Shown piece after piece: positions 35,799-46,862 of a stretch of 64,000 nucleotides of DNA. The DNA lies in contig CAZXFB010000020.1 of assembly GCA_964639725.1 (NCBI GenBank), positions 2,384-66,383 on the forward strand. Direction: 5' to 3'. The notes under the pieces are model-generated. The model made no database searches and was not told where the DNA came from. It saw nothing but the letters and a program-made list of their open reading frames with translations. The position numbers were made by a program, and so were the translations under genes. This stretch comes from an uncultured Rikenellaceae bacterium. Its GTDB lineage: Bacteria; Bacteroidota; Bacteroidia; Bacteroidales; VadinHA17. Position 1 is the first letter of the stretch; every line of letters starts with the position of its first letter.

Positions 35799-38030
35799 AT
35801 GGACATAAATAAAGTAATACGGGAACACAAAAAGCTAAGTAAACTGGTATCAGAAAAAAAACTCAAGCAAAGTTTTGATATTCTGCTAAATATAATTTCA
35901 GGTTCAGCATCAGGAGAGCTTAAGGATGATTATGAGAATCTGGTAACAACCTACAGGACTATGCTCAGCTATACCATAGAAGGTATTAATGATCCTGAAC
36001 GTGATAAAGTATATCTGAAACTCATGCAGTCAATCCTGCGAATAGCCGACAGGGCAAAACAAGACATATTGTCACATTATTCAGGATGGCACACTTACTG
36101 GATAAAACAACAGGTTGAAAAGGAGCAGCAGCTTAGTGGGAAGAGTATAATTGATACAGTTGATGATCTTTTATTCAAATCAGAACTTGATGAATGGCTA
36201 AAATTAAGTAATGAGATAAATCCTGATCCTGATTCCGGTATCTCAAGAAAGTATAAACAGCTGATGAAAAATATCTTTAACCACCTGTGGCTTACAGATT
36301 ATTACGGAGAGGCTGAAAAGAGTCTGATAAATATAATTCTTCAATCTGATAAATTAAGATGGCACGAGTCCAGTATTTTTACAACAGCCATCACATTGAG
36401 CTCATTGAGAATATGGCAATCTGAAAAGTTATTATACCTGATCAACATTTATAATTCAGGAAAAGAACAGGTAATGGAAAGGGCACTTGCAGGTCTGATA
36501 CTGAACCTTCATTACTATAACGAGAGAATAATACTATATCCTGAGATCACAACAGCAATAAACAGGCTTAGCCAGAACAGAAGATTCAAAGAGCACTGCA
36601 GGATAATTGTATTACAGACGATAAGATCACGTGAAACTGAAAAGCTTGGGCGGAAATTGCAGGACGAAATACTGCCAAAGGTTGCAAAGCTGAGACCCAG
36701 GATCGAAGAGAAGCTTGATCTTGATAATATTCTCCCGAAAGACAAAAATGATGAGAAGAATCCCGACTGGTCTGAAATGTTCAATGAGTCAGAGGAAGTT
36801 TTTAAAACTATGGAGGAGCTGACAAAACTACAGATGGAAGGTGCTGATGTTTATATGTCTGCCTTTGCTAACCTGAAGCATTTTGATTTTTTCAAGGATT
36901 TTCAAAATTGGTTTGTTCCTTTTTATCCTGATCATGAAGCAGTTAATGAGATATTCAGAGATGAAATACTTGGTTCCGGAACCAATGAGTTGGCCGAAGC
37001 ACTATATAAGACACCTTTTATTTGTAATTCAGACAAATATTCTCTCATCCTGAATTTGAAATATCTGCCTGCAGCACAAAAAAAAATGATGCTGAAGGTA
37101 TTCCGTATGGAGCTAGAAGGATTGCAGCAACTAAATGATGAGGATTCACCCTCAGATCCGGATAAAAAATTCCGAACATATGTCACCCAATATCTTCAGG
37201 ATCTTTACAGGTTTTTTAAACTTTCTACCTATAAAAAAGAGTTTGAAGATCTGTTTGCAGGAAAGATGGATATTTATAACTCTGAGTTCTTCAGAATGAC
37301 TAGCCAGACACCAGAAGCTGAGGCAGGTCTTGCTGATTATTTCTTCAGTAAGAATTACTATGAGGATGCACTTCCCTTATACATAAAACAAATAGGTGAG
37401 AAACCAGTTGATTCTCAGTTATACGAAAAGTCAGGCTATTGTTGCCAGGAGACTGGCAATTATGATGAAGCAATTAAGTATTACAGGAGAGCAGAATTAA
37501 TTGACAGAAAGACCTGGACCATAAAAAAGATTGGCTTTTGCCTGCGGAGGCTTGGAAAAAACCAGGAAGCTCTTGAATACTATCTTCAGGCCAGTGATAT
37601 GGAACCTGAAAATATACATACTGCGATAATGACAGCGCATTGCTATCTGGATCTGAAAGAATATGAATCTGCATTGAAATATTACTTCAGAGTAGAATAT
37701 AGTGATCCAGGGAACCTTAAGATATTAAGGCCGATAGCATATTGTTATTTTGCCCTTGGGCGTTTTGATGATTCTGAGAAATATTATGACCGGTTATCAT
37801 ATGGAAAATTAAATTCACATGACCTTATAAACAAGGGCCACCTGGCGCTGTGCAGGGGGAAGAAAAAAGAGGCAATCGACCTTTACAAACAAAGCATTAT
37901 TGGTGGGGAGATTTCAAAAGAGGAGTTTATGACAATATTCACGGAAGATAAACCTTTGCTCTTATTACATGGAGTAGATCCTGATGATCTTCCAATACTT
38001 CTCGATTATCTGTTATTTATTATCGGGTAA
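35799..38030 (+). CDS. Large TPR-repeat protein, unknown function
   Basis: The C-terminal third has repeated 34-aa TPR-like units (..YDEAIKYYRRAELID.., ..NQEALEYYLQASDMEP.., ..YESALKYYFRVEYSDP..). Confidence 0.6.
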   Translation: MDINKVIREHKKLSKLVSEKKLKQSFDILLNIISGSASGELKDDYENLVTTYRTMLSYTIEGINDPERDKVYLKLMQSILRIADRAKQDILSHYSGWHTYWIKQQVEKEQQLSGKSIIDTVDDLLFKSELDEWLKLSNEINPDPDSGISRKYKQLMKNIFNHLWLTDYYGEAEKSLINIILQSDKLRWHESSIFTTAITLSSLRIWQSEKLLYLINIYNSGKEQVMERALAGLILNLHYYNERIILYPEITTAINRLSQNRRFKEHCRIIVLQTIRSRETEKLGRKLQDEILPKVAKLRPRIEEKLDLDNILPKDKNDEKNPDWSEMFNESEEVFKTMEELTKLQMEGADVYMSAFANLKHFDFFKDFQNWFVPFYPDHEAVNEIFRDEILGSGTNELAEALYKTPFICNSDKYSLILNLKYLPAAQKKMMLKVFRMELEGLQQLNDEDSPSDPDKKFRTYVTQYLQDLYRFFKLSTYKKEFEDLFAGKMDIYNSEFFRMTSQTPEAEAGLADYFFSKNYYEDALPLYIKQIGEKPVDSQLYEKSGYCCQETGNYDEAIKYYRRAELIDRKTWTIKKIGFCLRRLGKNQEALEYYLQASDMEPENIHTAIMTAHCYLDLKEYESALKYYFRVEYSDPGNLKILRPIAYCYFALGRFDDSEKYYDRLSYGKLNSHDLINKGHLALCRGKKKEAIDLYKQSIIGGEISKEEFMTIFTEDKPLLLLHGVDPDDLPILLDYLLFIIG

Positions 38031-38528
38031 CCTTATTGTATCTTGTCCTGGTAAAGGTGGTGGACCGAATGGAGATGATTTTCCCTCATGGAAGGATTTT
38101 CTTTTATATTCACCCTGATGATCATCACGGAATCTGAGTGAATCATTATGCTGATTATTCTTTCTGTTTTGCCTGATCATCTCCTGCCTTCTGTCGTCCA
38201 TCTCTTTCAGTCTTGCCAGCTGTTCTTTTGTCAGATTAGAATCGAGCTCTTTTCTGAACTCTTTCATAGTCGAATCGAGGTTTTTCCTATAAGCATTCTG
38301 GAATTCGCTATTGATTTTTGCGTACTTATCAAGTATATGGTCTATTTTTGATTTTTGCTGTTCGTCAGGTTCAATGGCTCTATAGAAACCATCTCTGAAC
38401 CTTTGCTCTGAGAAATATACTCTCATAGGTTTAAGTTTATTAAATCTGATCTGGGCAGATGTTAACATTCCCAATATAAATCCAATTAAGAGAGTAAGAA
38501 TGACTAATAGAATAGGCTTAGCTTTCAT
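38013..38528 (-). CDS. Membrane-anchored periplasmic Spy/CpxP-like (LTxxQ) protein
   Basis: N-terminal TM, then a helical K/E/R-rich region with LTKEQLARLKEM. It is the last gene of the ECF sigma operon. Confidence 0.5.
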   Translation of the reverse strand: MKAKPILLVILTLLIGFILGMLTSAQIRFNKLKPMRVYFSEQRFRDGFYRAIEPDEQQKSKIDHILDKYAKINSEFQNAYRKNLDSTMKEFRKELDSNLTKEQLARLKEMDDRRQEMIRQNRKNNQHNDSLRFRDDHQGEYKRKSFHEGKSSPFGPPPLPGQDTIRLPDNK

Positions 38529-38538
38529 AATTACATTT

Positions 38539-38892
38539 TTAAATACCTGTTAACAAACAAACAATACTTTCCCCATCAGAGTCGCTAAGCCCCAAAAAAG
38601 AGTTAAAAGAGAGTGAGCCCTCCATCAGAAAAATTGAAACAAGCAAAACAACTATTGCTGCAACTCCGGTAAGAGCAATTCTGTAGAAAATGAAATTCAG
38701 ATTCCTTAAAAACTCTATTTCACTTTTAGCAGTATTAATTGTATTAAATATCCTGTCAAGAACTTTGTCGTTGAAGCCAGGTTTGAAACTGAATAATACC
38801 CCAGCTGCTTCAAGCTTTCCTGGGATTTCCTCAGTTGAAACATTCGAATCCAGCGATTTGATAATCAATTCTTTTATGTCAGTTCGGTTCAT
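38539..38892 (-). CDS. Small single-TM protein, candidate anti-sigma factor
   Basis: 117 aa with one TM (ALTGVAAIVVLLVSIFL). It lies 4 nt downstream of the ECF sigma gene. No zinc anti-sigma motif is present. Confidence 0.35.
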   Translation of the reverse strand: MNRTDIKELIIKSLDSNVSTEEIPGKLEAAGVLFSFKPGFNDKVLDRIFNTINTAKSEIEFLRNLNFIFYRIALTGVAAIVVLLVSIFLMEGSLSFNSFLGLSDSDGESIVCLLTGI

Positions 38893-38896
38893 ATAA

Positions 38897-39457
38897 TTAA
38901 AGCTTTTTCAAAATATCTTTTAATTGCTCCTGTGCTCTCGATAGCCGTGAAAGAACGGTTCCCAAAGGAAGGTCAAGAATCTCTGCTGTCTCTTTCGTTG
39001 AATATCCCTGCAGCATCCTCATAATTACAATGACACGAAATTTTGGATCGAGACTCATTAATGCTTTTCCAACAATTTCTGATGCCTCTTTTCTCTTTTC
39101 AGCTTCATCGTCAGCAACTTCAAATTCGTACATCTCATTATTGCCTTTCTGAGAAAACATGGAGAAAAATCTTTTTCTTCGCTTTATCTCATTCAGGGTC
39201 AGATTTACTGCAATCTTTTGAATATATGTCGACAACTTTGATTCTCCTCTGAATTCTGATAATGAATAAAAGAGTTTAATAAATACTTCCTGCCCAATGT
39301 CATCAGCAAATACTGAATCACCAATCATCCCTTTCACTGTACGCGCAACCATTCCCTTATATCGGGTAACAATCTCTTCAAAGGCCTGTCTGTCGCCATT
39401 AAGCGATGCTTTCACCAGGTCATCTTCCACGTATTGCCTATACGATATCTTTACCAT
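38897..39457 (-). CDS. ECF-type RNA polymerase sigma-70 factor
   Basis: Region 2 is IGQEVFIKLF..LSTYIQKIAVNL. Region 4 is the helix-turn-helix YSTKETAEILDLPLGTVLSRLSRA. Confidence 0.85.
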   Translation of the reverse strand: MVKISYRQYVEDDLVKASLNGDRQAFEEIVTRYKGMVARTVKGMIGDSVFADDIGQEVFIKLFYSLSEFRGESKLSTYIQKIAVNLTLNEIKRRKRFFSMFSQKGNNEMYEFEVADDEAEKRKEASEIVGKALMSLDPKFRVIVIMRMLQGYSTKETAEILDLPLGTVLSRLSRAQEQLKDILKKL

Positions 39458-39570
39458 TAATACACTTAATAGACAATTAATATCAGGGTATTATTCCCGA
39501 TTGTTAATTTTTGTTAACATAAAAACTTTATCAGGAAATATCTTAAAAAGTAACTTCCTCTCAGGTTTGA

Positions 39571-41541
39571 TTATTTCCCTTCCAGAAGTTCTATTATATA
39601 ATTACCGGTATACTTTATAAGATAGAGCTTCTGATTTTCAAATCCGTCGGTTTGCTGAACTCTAATGAAGTCATATTGGGTTTGCAATAAGTCAGGATTA
39701 TGTATCTCGGGGTGTAAAAGAAACTCTTTTCCATGTATGGCCAATCCGCTTAAAAAATAATAAGCAATATCATATCCCTGCCAGGAATAACTCATTTCTA
39801 ATGGCTCGGTAAGAAATTTATGACGAAAATCGGAATTGAATTGTTTTACATCTTTCGTGGTACCATCTATCCAGAAAGGGGTATATAACATTACACCGAG
39901 GTCGTAATAATATTTCGGATCCAGATTATTCTGATTAATCAGATCTCTCATAACCGGATATCCGAAAACTTTAATATCGAACCTCTTTAGAAACCCATGA
40001 ATTTCCTGAAGTGTCTCGCTTAATACAGGGCCATCTTCTGAAGCGATGATTACTATATTCTTCGATTTATCAGTAAGGGCATGACCTAGCCTGTTAATTG
40101 AATCATTATCAAAAGAAGACCTGTTGTAGAAAAGAAATTCTTTGAACCTTATCTCTTCGTAAGGCATTTTATTACTCAGCTCACTTAATATCATTTCTTT
40201 AAAATGCTTTACATCCTGATCTGTTCCTGAGGTATCGGCATGTATAAAGACAAAATTATGATCATAATATTCACTTACCTTTTTCGAGAGGTTTTTCTGG
40301 GCGACTTCCAGTGATGAATTTGTGAGAAAGAGGTTTGGATTATTTATCAGCACCTTATTATCAAACAGAAGAACAGGAGAAATAACCGGTATCCCAAGCG
40401 GCCCTGCATAAGCAGCCATAATTGATAAGTTATCAGACCATACAGGTCCAATAATAAGGTCCATATCTGCAAGTTTTCCCTGTTCAATAAGTTTTATCAA
40501 TTCAAGAGTATCGCTTTTGATATCAAAAACATTAAGTTTTACATCCATTCCAAGTGAACTTAAAGTATCAACAGCAAGTAATATGCCCTGGTAAAGTTCA
40601 ACGAAATCTTTACTCCAGTCATATACCCATCCTTCGGGCCTGTTTATTACCTTATAAATCTTTTTACCCCTTACCGACTTGGAAGAATCAATATATGAAC
40701 GCTGAGCGTTCTCATGCAGGTAGAAAGGAAGTATAACAGCTAAATTAAATGAGCCGCTGAGATTTCTGACAGGTGTATAACCAGCCGGTTTCATAAAAAC
40801 AACAGATGGTTCAACTGTTACAATCTTAACACTATCGGATTTAACCGGTTCTGCTTCTGTAATCTCAGAATAATTAAGATTCGGGACTCTCATGTAATCA
40901 CCAACCTGAGGGAATCGAAGATCCCTGTTTTCTTTTCTCAATTCTCTGATGGTGAGTCCATACTTCATAGCAATTGACCCAAGTGATTCACCTTTTAATA
41001 CTTTATGGTAAATATACCTGGTATTCTGATCATTGAATTTTTGTTTATCATTCATGAAATCCCTGCGTGGAATAGCAATCTCTGCATTAACAGGCATTTT
41101 ATTAATATCAATCCCGGGGTTACTGGAAATTATTTCATTTTCAGATACACCATAAGATTTTGACAAAAAATAAACTGTTTCTCCCGGTTTAAGATAATGA
41201 TAGATGTATTTATTTTCATCATGTTTTGAATGTAACTGTTGCGGCACCGCTACGACTGCATCTGAAACCTCTCTGACAGGAATCCTCAGGGCCTGACCCT
41301 CAATAACTCCATAAAGAGCCGGGGGGTTTTCCTTTGTCAACTCCTCAACAGTAATTCCATAAGCTTTGGAAATTGAATATGCAGTCTCTCCTTTTTTTAC
41401 AATATGAACATAATATGGCACGCCGGAAATTATCACTTTATCTTTCGAGCGTTCAACCGCTACCTGAGAATAAATGGTTAAGTTTAAAATAAAAAATATG
41501 AATGTTGTCAGCAGTAATTCTGAACTGATTTTGCGATTCAT
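39571..41541 (-). CDS. LysM-repeat protein fused to a periplasmic-binding-protein-like domain
   Basis: Three LysM units (HIVKKGETAYSISKAYGITVEEL, HYLKPGETVYFLSKSYGVSENEI, HKVLKGESLGSIAMKYGLTIREL) are followed by a type-I PBP-like region. Confidence 0.75.
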   Translation of the reverse strand: MNRKISSELLLTTFIFFILNLTIYSQVAVERSKDKVIISGVPYYVHIVKKGETAYSISKAYGITVEELTKENPPALYGVIEGQALRIPVREVSDAVVAVPQQLHSKHDENKYIYHYLKPGETVYFLSKSYGVSENEIISSNPGIDINKMPVNAEIAIPRRDFMNDKQKFNDQNTRYIYHKVLKGESLGSIAMKYGLTIRELRKENRDLRFPQVGDYMRVPNLNYSEITEAEPVKSDSVKIVTVEPSVVFMKPAGYTPVRNLSGSFNLAVILPFYLHENAQRSYIDSSKSVRGKKIYKVINRPEGWVYDWSKDFVELYQGILLAVDTLSSLGMDVKLNVFDIKSDTLELIKLIEQGKLADMDLIIGPVWSDNLSIMAAYAGPLGIPVISPVLLFDNKVLINNPNLFLTNSSLEVAQKNLSKKVSEYYDHNFVFIHADTSGTDQDVKHFKEMILSELSNKMPYEEIRFKEFLFYNRSSFDNDSINRLGHALTDKSKNIVIIASEDGPVLSETLQEIHGFLKRFDIKVFGYPVMRDLINQNNLDPKYYYDLGVMLYTPFWIDGTTKDVKQFNSDFRHKFLTEPLEMSYSWQGYDIAYYFLSGLAIHGKEFLLHPEIHNPDLLQTQYDFIRVQQTDGFENQKLYLIKYTGNYIIELLEGK

Positions 41542-41551
41542 CTTCCCAATC

Positions 41552-42505
41552 TTATTTAAATGTTTTAAGGAATGCCATGCAATTTTTTTCTATCCTTTCA
41601 GGAATTTCAGATATATCTGCCCTGATAAACTTCTCGCCGGTTATTTTTTCATAAAGTTCAATATATCTTTCTGAGATCTCGTTAACAAAAGCTTCCGTCA
41701 TGTCAGGAACTTTTTGTCCCTCTTTGCCCTGGAATCCATTATCCATGAGCCATTCCCTGACAAACTCTTTTGACAATTGTTTCTGAGGAAGACCTTTTTC
41801 AAACCTTTCCAGGTACCCGTCAGCATAAAAATATCTTGATGAATCAGGTGTATTTATCTCATCGATAAGATATATACGGCCATCTTTGTTCCCAAATTCA
41901 TATTTGGTATCAACAAGAATCAAACCATGCTCAGCAGCAATCTCAGATCCCCTGACAAATACCTCCATAGCATATTTTTCTATCAGTGTATATTCCTGTT
42001 CAGGAATGAGACCCTTCTTAATTATCTGCTCGCGCGAAATATCTTCATCATGTTTCCCTTGCTCGGCTTTCGTTGTAGGAGTTAATATAGGTTTTTCGAA
42101 CCGCTGATGCTCCTTCATTCCGTCAGGTATTGAAATACCACATATATTCCTTAAACCGGCTTTGTAAGCTCTCCATGAACTTCCAGTCAGGTATGCTCTT
42201 ACGATCATCTCTACAGGATATGGGTCACATCTGTGCCCAAAAGTAACTGCAGGATCCGGTGTTGCAATTTTCCAGTTCGGTACAATATCGCTTGTAGCGT
42301 CAAGAAATTTTGATGCTATCTGATTTAAAACCTGTCCTTTATACGGAATACCTTTGGGAAGAACAACATCAAAAGCTGAAATCCTGTCTGATACTATCAT
42401 CAGAAGATAATCATTTGAAATGGTATAAACATCTCTAACTTTTCCCTTATACAGACTCTTTTGCCCAGGAAAATTGTAGCTGGAACTAAGGATTGTTTTT
42501 GCCAT
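41552..42505 (-). CDS. purC: Phosphoribosylaminoimidazole-succinocarboxamide synthase
   Basis: [17 protein letters not shown] and [11 protein letters not shown] are SAICAR synthetase motifs. Confidence 0.9.
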   Translation of the reverse strand: MAKTILSSSYNFPGQKSLYKGKVRDVYTISNDYLLMIVSDRISAFDVVLPKGIPYKGQVLNQIASKFLDATSDIVPNWKIATPDPAVTFGHRCDPYPVEMIVRAYLTGSSWRAYKAGLRNICGISIPDGMKEHQRFEKPILTPTTKAEQGKHDEDISREQIIKKGLIPEQEYTLIEKYAMEVFVRGSEIAAEHGLILVDTKYEFGNKDGRIYLIDEINTPDSSRYFYADGYLERFEKGLPQKQLSKEFVREWLMDNGFQGKEGQKVPDMTEAFVNEISERYIELYEKITGEKFIRADISEIPERIEKNCMAFLKTFK

Positions 42506-42640
42506 AATTTTTAAAATTTGATAACTATTTATATATGCTATAGTAAAATGCTGTTACAGATTTTTAAATGTCCTTGTATCATGCTTATCTTAAATTTGTT
42601 ATATATGACCAGCAATATGGTTCAGAGTTTAAGATAACCA

Positions 42641-43633
42641 TCATTTTTTAAATCCTTCAATTACAGGTTTATTTGATCTGACAATTTCACTTTCTTCCTG
42701 CTCATAAGCCCTTACAATCTTCTTCACGAGTTTATGCCGTACTATATCCCTTTCATCAAATTTAATTATAGATATACCATCTATTCCTTCAAGGATCCTC
42801 ATTGCCTGAAGGAGACCGGAATCGCTTTTTCTCGGCAGGTCAATCTGTGTTGTATCGCCGGTCATTATAAACTTTGAGCTGACTCCCATCCTGGTAAGAA
42901 ACATTTTTAGCTGACTTATTGTTGCATTCTGGGCTTCATCAAGAATAACAAATGCGTTTTCGAGGGTTCTGCCCCGCATAAATGCCAGAGGTGCGATCTG
43001 AACAGTTCCATCCTCAATCCAGGTCTCCAGCTTCTTATAAGGGAGCATATCATGAAGAGCATCATAAAGTGGTTGAAGATATGGATCAAGTTTCTCCTTC
43101 ATGTCACCCGGAAGGAATCCAAGTCTCTCTCCTGCTTCTACTGCAGGACGTGTTAAGACTATTTTCTTTACTTCTCTTTCCTTCAGTGCTCTCACTGCCA
43201 GGGCAATGGAAGTATAGGTTTTGCCTGTTCCCGCAGGTCCTTCCGCAATTACAAGATCATTTGTTTTATAATCATTTACAAGCATAAGTTGATTTGCTGT
43301 CCTTGCCCTTACGGGTTTTCCGCTTGTACCAAATACTATTACCTGTTCAAATTCACCATTTGATGCCGACTTCATATGTTCTGCATCAAAAAAATACTTC
43401 TCAATGTCGTGTTCATCAAGACGATTATATTTTCGATAATACTCAATGATATCATTGAACTTCTCTGCAAAAACAGTAATCTCCGATTCTTCTCCAATGC
43501 ACTTTATTTCATTACCTCTGGCAAGGATCTTTATCTTGGGGAAGAAACTCCGGATTTTGTCAAGCAAAATATTATTGGTGCCGAAAAAGACCACAGGATC
43601 AATATCCTCAATAAATATTACTATCTCTGTCAT
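42641..43633 (-). CDS. phoH: PhoH-family ATPase
   Basis: Walker A GPAGTGKT and Walker B FVILDEAQN, plus the PhoH signature TGDTTQIDLP. Confidence 0.9.
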   Translation of the reverse strand: MTEIVIFIEDIDPVVFFGTNNILLDKIRSFFPKIKILARGNEIKCIGEESEITVFAEKFNDIIEYYRKYNRLDEHDIEKYFFDAEHMKSASNGEFEQVIVFGTSGKPVRARTANQLMLVNDYKTNDLVIAEGPAGTGKTYTSIALAVRALKEREVKKIVLTRPAVEAGERLGFLPGDMKEKLDPYLQPLYDALHDMLPYKKLETWIEDGTVQIAPLAFMRGRTLENAFVILDEAQNATISQLKMFLTRMGVSSKFIMTGDTTQIDLPRKSDSGLLQAMRILEGIDGISIIKFDERDIVRHKLVKKIVRAYEQEESEIVRSNKPVIEGFKK

Positions 43634-43776
43634 TAAACTAAAAAAATTATGCCTGACTACCCTGATTCTAAATTAATCCTTCGCAGATTAAATAGTTTAT
43701 AAAAAAGAATTATTGAACGATACAAAGTAAGTTTAATTTTCCTTAGAACATTATCTTTGTCTTAAGTTTTTTCCCT

Positions 43777-44571
43777 ATGCAGATAGTTACATTGACAACA
43801 GAATGGAAACCTGATGATATATTTTCGGGTATCATAAAAGGGAAGTTATGCAGTTTGTTTCCCGGAGTCACAATAGTTGATAATGCTACCGGGATTCCTC
43901 CATTTAATATCTCACATGCATCTTTTGTTGTACGAAATACTTATAATAATTACCCAAAGGGATCGATACATATAATCTGTGTACATTATGAGGCAAAAAA
44001 GAATCAGGATCATCTCATTGTTAAAGCAAAGGAACATTTTTTCATAGGGACTGATAATGGAATATTCAACCTGATACTAAACTCGGAACCAGATGAAGTT
44101 ATAAGGATCGAGCATGATGACATTACAGATGAACTGGAAATTTTTGCAAGAGCTGCAGCAGGTCTGTTATCTGGTAAAAACCCGGCAGAACTTGGAACCA
44201 ATGCAAAAAGTATTATTGAAAGATTTCCTTTCAGGGCAACAATCGAAAAGGATGTAATTATAGGAAGTATTATCTTTATAGATTCTTACGGAAACGCCAT
44301 TTCAAATATAACAAGAGAAGTATTTCTCAGGGTATTTGAGAACAAAGATTTCCGTATTTTGATTCAGAGCAATAAAAATTATACAGAACAGATATCACTT
44401 AAATACAGCGAAGTACCTGTCGGTGAAATGCTTTCAAGGTTTAATTCTCTCGATCTTCTTGAAATTTCGATTAATGGCGCTAACGTTTCAGAATTACTGA
44501 GTCTCTCCATTGGATCAGTTTTAAGGATAGAAATGACATCCAAAAAAGCATCTCCAAACCGTTTATTTTAA
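43777..44571 (+). CDS. SAM hydroxide adenosyltransferase / SAM hydrolase family (DUF62)
   Basis: The two-domain layout and the IDSYGNAISNI motif are characteristic of DUF62 proteins. Confidence 0.7.
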   Translation: MQIVTLTTEWKPDDIFSGIIKGKLCSLFPGVTIVDNATGIPPFNISHASFVVRNTYNNYPKGSIHIICVHYEAKKNQDHLIVKAKEHFFIGTDNGIFNLILNSEPDEVIRIEHDDITDELEIFARAAAGLLSGKNPAELGTNAKSIIERFPFRATIEKDVIIGSIIFIDSYGNAISNITREVFLRVFENKDFRILIQSNKNYTEQISLKYSEVPVGEMLSRFNSLDLLEISINGANVSELLSLSIGSVLRIEMTSKKASPNRLF

Positions 44572-44582
44572 AACTATTCCTG

Positions 44583-45365
44583 ATGAATGATAAGAATAAG
44601 AGCCTTGATGAGTTTAATAAATTACTTAATATTATTGATGAGTTAAGAGTAAAATGTCCCTGGGATAAAAAACAGACAAATGAGACTCTTCGAAAGTTAA
44701 CAATTGAAGAGACCTATGAGCTGGCTGAGGCAATACTTTCAGATAATAATGATGGAATTAAAAATGAACTGGGTGACCTTATGCTTCATATAGTATTCTA
44801 TGCAAAAATAGGAGAAGAAAAAGGATTGTTTTCAATGACAGATGTACTGAAAGGGATAAATGAAAAGCTCACATACAGGCATCCTCATGTATTTGGAAAT
44901 GTGAAAGTATCAGGATCAAAAGAAGTTGAACAGAACTGGGAAAATCTTAAAATCAATGAAAATAATGGTTATAAACCTGTGTTATCAGGTGTTCCACAGT
45001 CATTGCCTGCAATGGTGAAAGCAAACAGAATTCAGGAAAAAGTGAGAGGAGTAGGATTCGATTGGGAAAATCGCAATCAGATATGGGATAAAGTTCTTGA
45101 AGAGATATATGAACTCAGGAAAGAAATAGACAACCATAACACCGAGAGCATAGAATCTGAACTGGGAGATGTGCTTTTTTCGATCATAAATGCTTCACGA
45201 CTCTATGACATTGACCCTGAAGCTGCCCTGGAAAAGACAAACCGGAAATTCACCAAACGGTTCAATTACCTTGAAAAAGAGACAATAAAAAAGGGTATCT
45301 CACTTCATGATATGAGTCTTGATGAGATGAATACAATTTGGGAAGAGGCTAAAAAGGATGAATAA
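44583..45365 (+). CDS. mazG: Nucleoside triphosphate pyrophosphohydrolase MazG
   Basis: Tandem MazG domains carry the EETYELAEA..ELGDLML and EEIYEL..ELGDVLF EExxE motifs. Confidence 0.85.
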   Translation: MNDKNKSLDEFNKLLNIIDELRVKCPWDKKQTNETLRKLTIEETYELAEAILSDNNDGIKNELGDLMLHIVFYAKIGEEKGLFSMTDVLKGINEKLTYRHPHVFGNVKVSGSKEVEQNWENLKINENNGYKPVLSGVPQSLPAMVKANRIQEKVRGVGFDWENRNQIWDKVLEEIYELRKEIDNHNTESIESELGDVLFSIINASRLYDIDPEAALEKTNRKFTKRFNYLEKETIKKGISLHDMSLDEMNTIWEEAKKDE

Positions 45366-45434
45366 CAGAGATTTCAACAATAATGATCCTTCAACTTACA
45401 AATCAAATTATAAGTAACCATAAGGAGTATCTGA

Positions 45435-46271
45435 TCATGAGAATCTGTAGCTGAGAAGCTGATAGATAATCTTTGCTGCAATAAAATCAGATGTTTTAGT
45501 GGCAGGCGATGGGCATAATTCAACAATATCAAAGCCGACCACATTCCTTACTTTAATTACATCCCTCAGAAAATGAAGCAATTCAAAATATTCTGGTCCT
45601 CCTGGTTCAGGAGTACCCGTTGAAGGCATTATTGAAGGATCAAAAACATCCAGATCAATTGTTATATAGACGTTATCGGTAAGCTTATCCAAAGCTTTGG
45701 TATATAAATTTTTATTGTAGTAGAGCTCATGTGAATAAAATATCCTGTCTTTATCAACAAAAGGCAATTCCCCTGCCGACATGCTTCTGATACCAACCTG
45801 TACTATCTGAGCCCAATTACGGGCACGAGCCATGGCACATGCATGATTAAACTGAGAACCTTCATATTCCTGTCTCAGGTCAGAATGTGCATCAAGCTGA
45901 AGCACCGAAAGGTTGTCAAAATATTCTGAAAATGATTTAATTGCTCCGATACTTACAGTATGGTTACCTCCAACAATTACCGGAAATTTTTTATCTGCTA
46001 AAAGAGTTGATGTTCTTTGATATACAGCGTTTACAAGAGCTTCAGGTGATGATTTTTCAGTAATAGGATCAATTGTGTGGATGCCTTTCAGATGTGCTTC
46101 AGATGCTGTTTCAATATCAAAGAATTCAAGATTAACTGAGGCTTCCATTATGGCTTCAGGCCCCTTATCAGCACCTTTCATCCAGGAGCTTGTTTCGTCA
46201 TAAGGTACAGGCATGATAATTATCCCTGAACCGGAATAATCATAAATCACCTCATTGCCTCCGAAGTTCAT
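45435..46271 (-). CDS. speB: Agmatinase (ureohydrolase family)
   Basis: GGNHTVS, LDAHSDL and DLDVFDP are Mn-ligand motifs of the arginase/agmatinase family. Confidence 0.85.
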   Translation of the reverse strand: MNFGGNEVIYDYSGSGIIIMPVPYDETSSWMKGADKGPEAIMEASVNLEFFDIETASEAHLKGIHTIDPITEKSSPEALVNAVYQRTSTLLADKKFPVIVGGNHTVSIGAIKSFSEYFDNLSVLQLDAHSDLRQEYEGSQFNHACAMARARNWAQIVQVGIRSMSAGELPFVDKDRIFYSHELYYNKNLYTKALDKLTDNVYITIDLDVFDPSIMPSTGTPEPGGPEYFELLHFLRDVIKVRNVVGFDIVELCPSPATKTSDFIAAKIIYQLLSYRFS

Positions 46272-46296
46272 AGAAAATTTACTATTTACGTTTAAA

Positions 46297-46785
46297 TCAA
46301 ACCTTTGGCTTGGTAGGAGTTTTGGATTTTTTCTTTACCTCCGACGGTTTCTTTTCGGCTTCCTCAGGAACTTCAGGTTTTTCAGGTGTTTTTTCGGGTT
46401 CATCCGGCAAAAGCAGATTCAGTTTATGCAGGAGATTATACCATTGAATAACCTTTTTGATGTCACTGGCATAAACTTTTTCTTTTGCATATTCCGGAAG
46501 GATTTCCTCAAAATAGCTTTTTAGCTTACTTACATCGCTTTTTGCATCGATTGCTTCTCCACCTTTTTCTTTCTCATTTATAAGGTCAAATACCTTTCCC
46601 AGAGGCATATCTTCTTTTTCAGTAAAAATTGCAATATCTTCAAGGGAGCTTACTTTTGCTGAGCTTTGAGCACTACTTCTTTTTTTAGTTTCAAGATGTT
46701 CAACTATAATAGCATTTTTACCCTGGGCAATAAATCTAAACAAGCCAGGTTCGCCTGAAATCGAAATAATATCTTTTAAATTCAT
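46297..46785 (-). CDS. DUF5606-like protein with K/P/E-rich tail
   Basis: The conserved N-terminus ISISGEPGLFRFIAQGKNAIIVE recalls Bacteroidota DUF5606. The tail is low-complexity. Confidence 0.45.
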   Translation of the reverse strand: MNLKDIISISGEPGLFRFIAQGKNAIIVEHLETKKRSSAQSSAKVSSLEDIAIFTEKEDMPLGKVFDLINEKEKGGEAIDAKSDVSKLKSYFEEILPEYAKEKVYASDIKKVIQWYNLLHKLNLLLPDEPEKTPEKPEVPEEAEKKPSEVKKKSKTPTKPKV

Positions 46786-46862
46786 CTTTTATCTCTTTAG
46801 AGTGCAAATTTAATCCTTGTATTGGAAAGTCTGTTGAAACATGAGTGTTTTTTTATAAGCTT

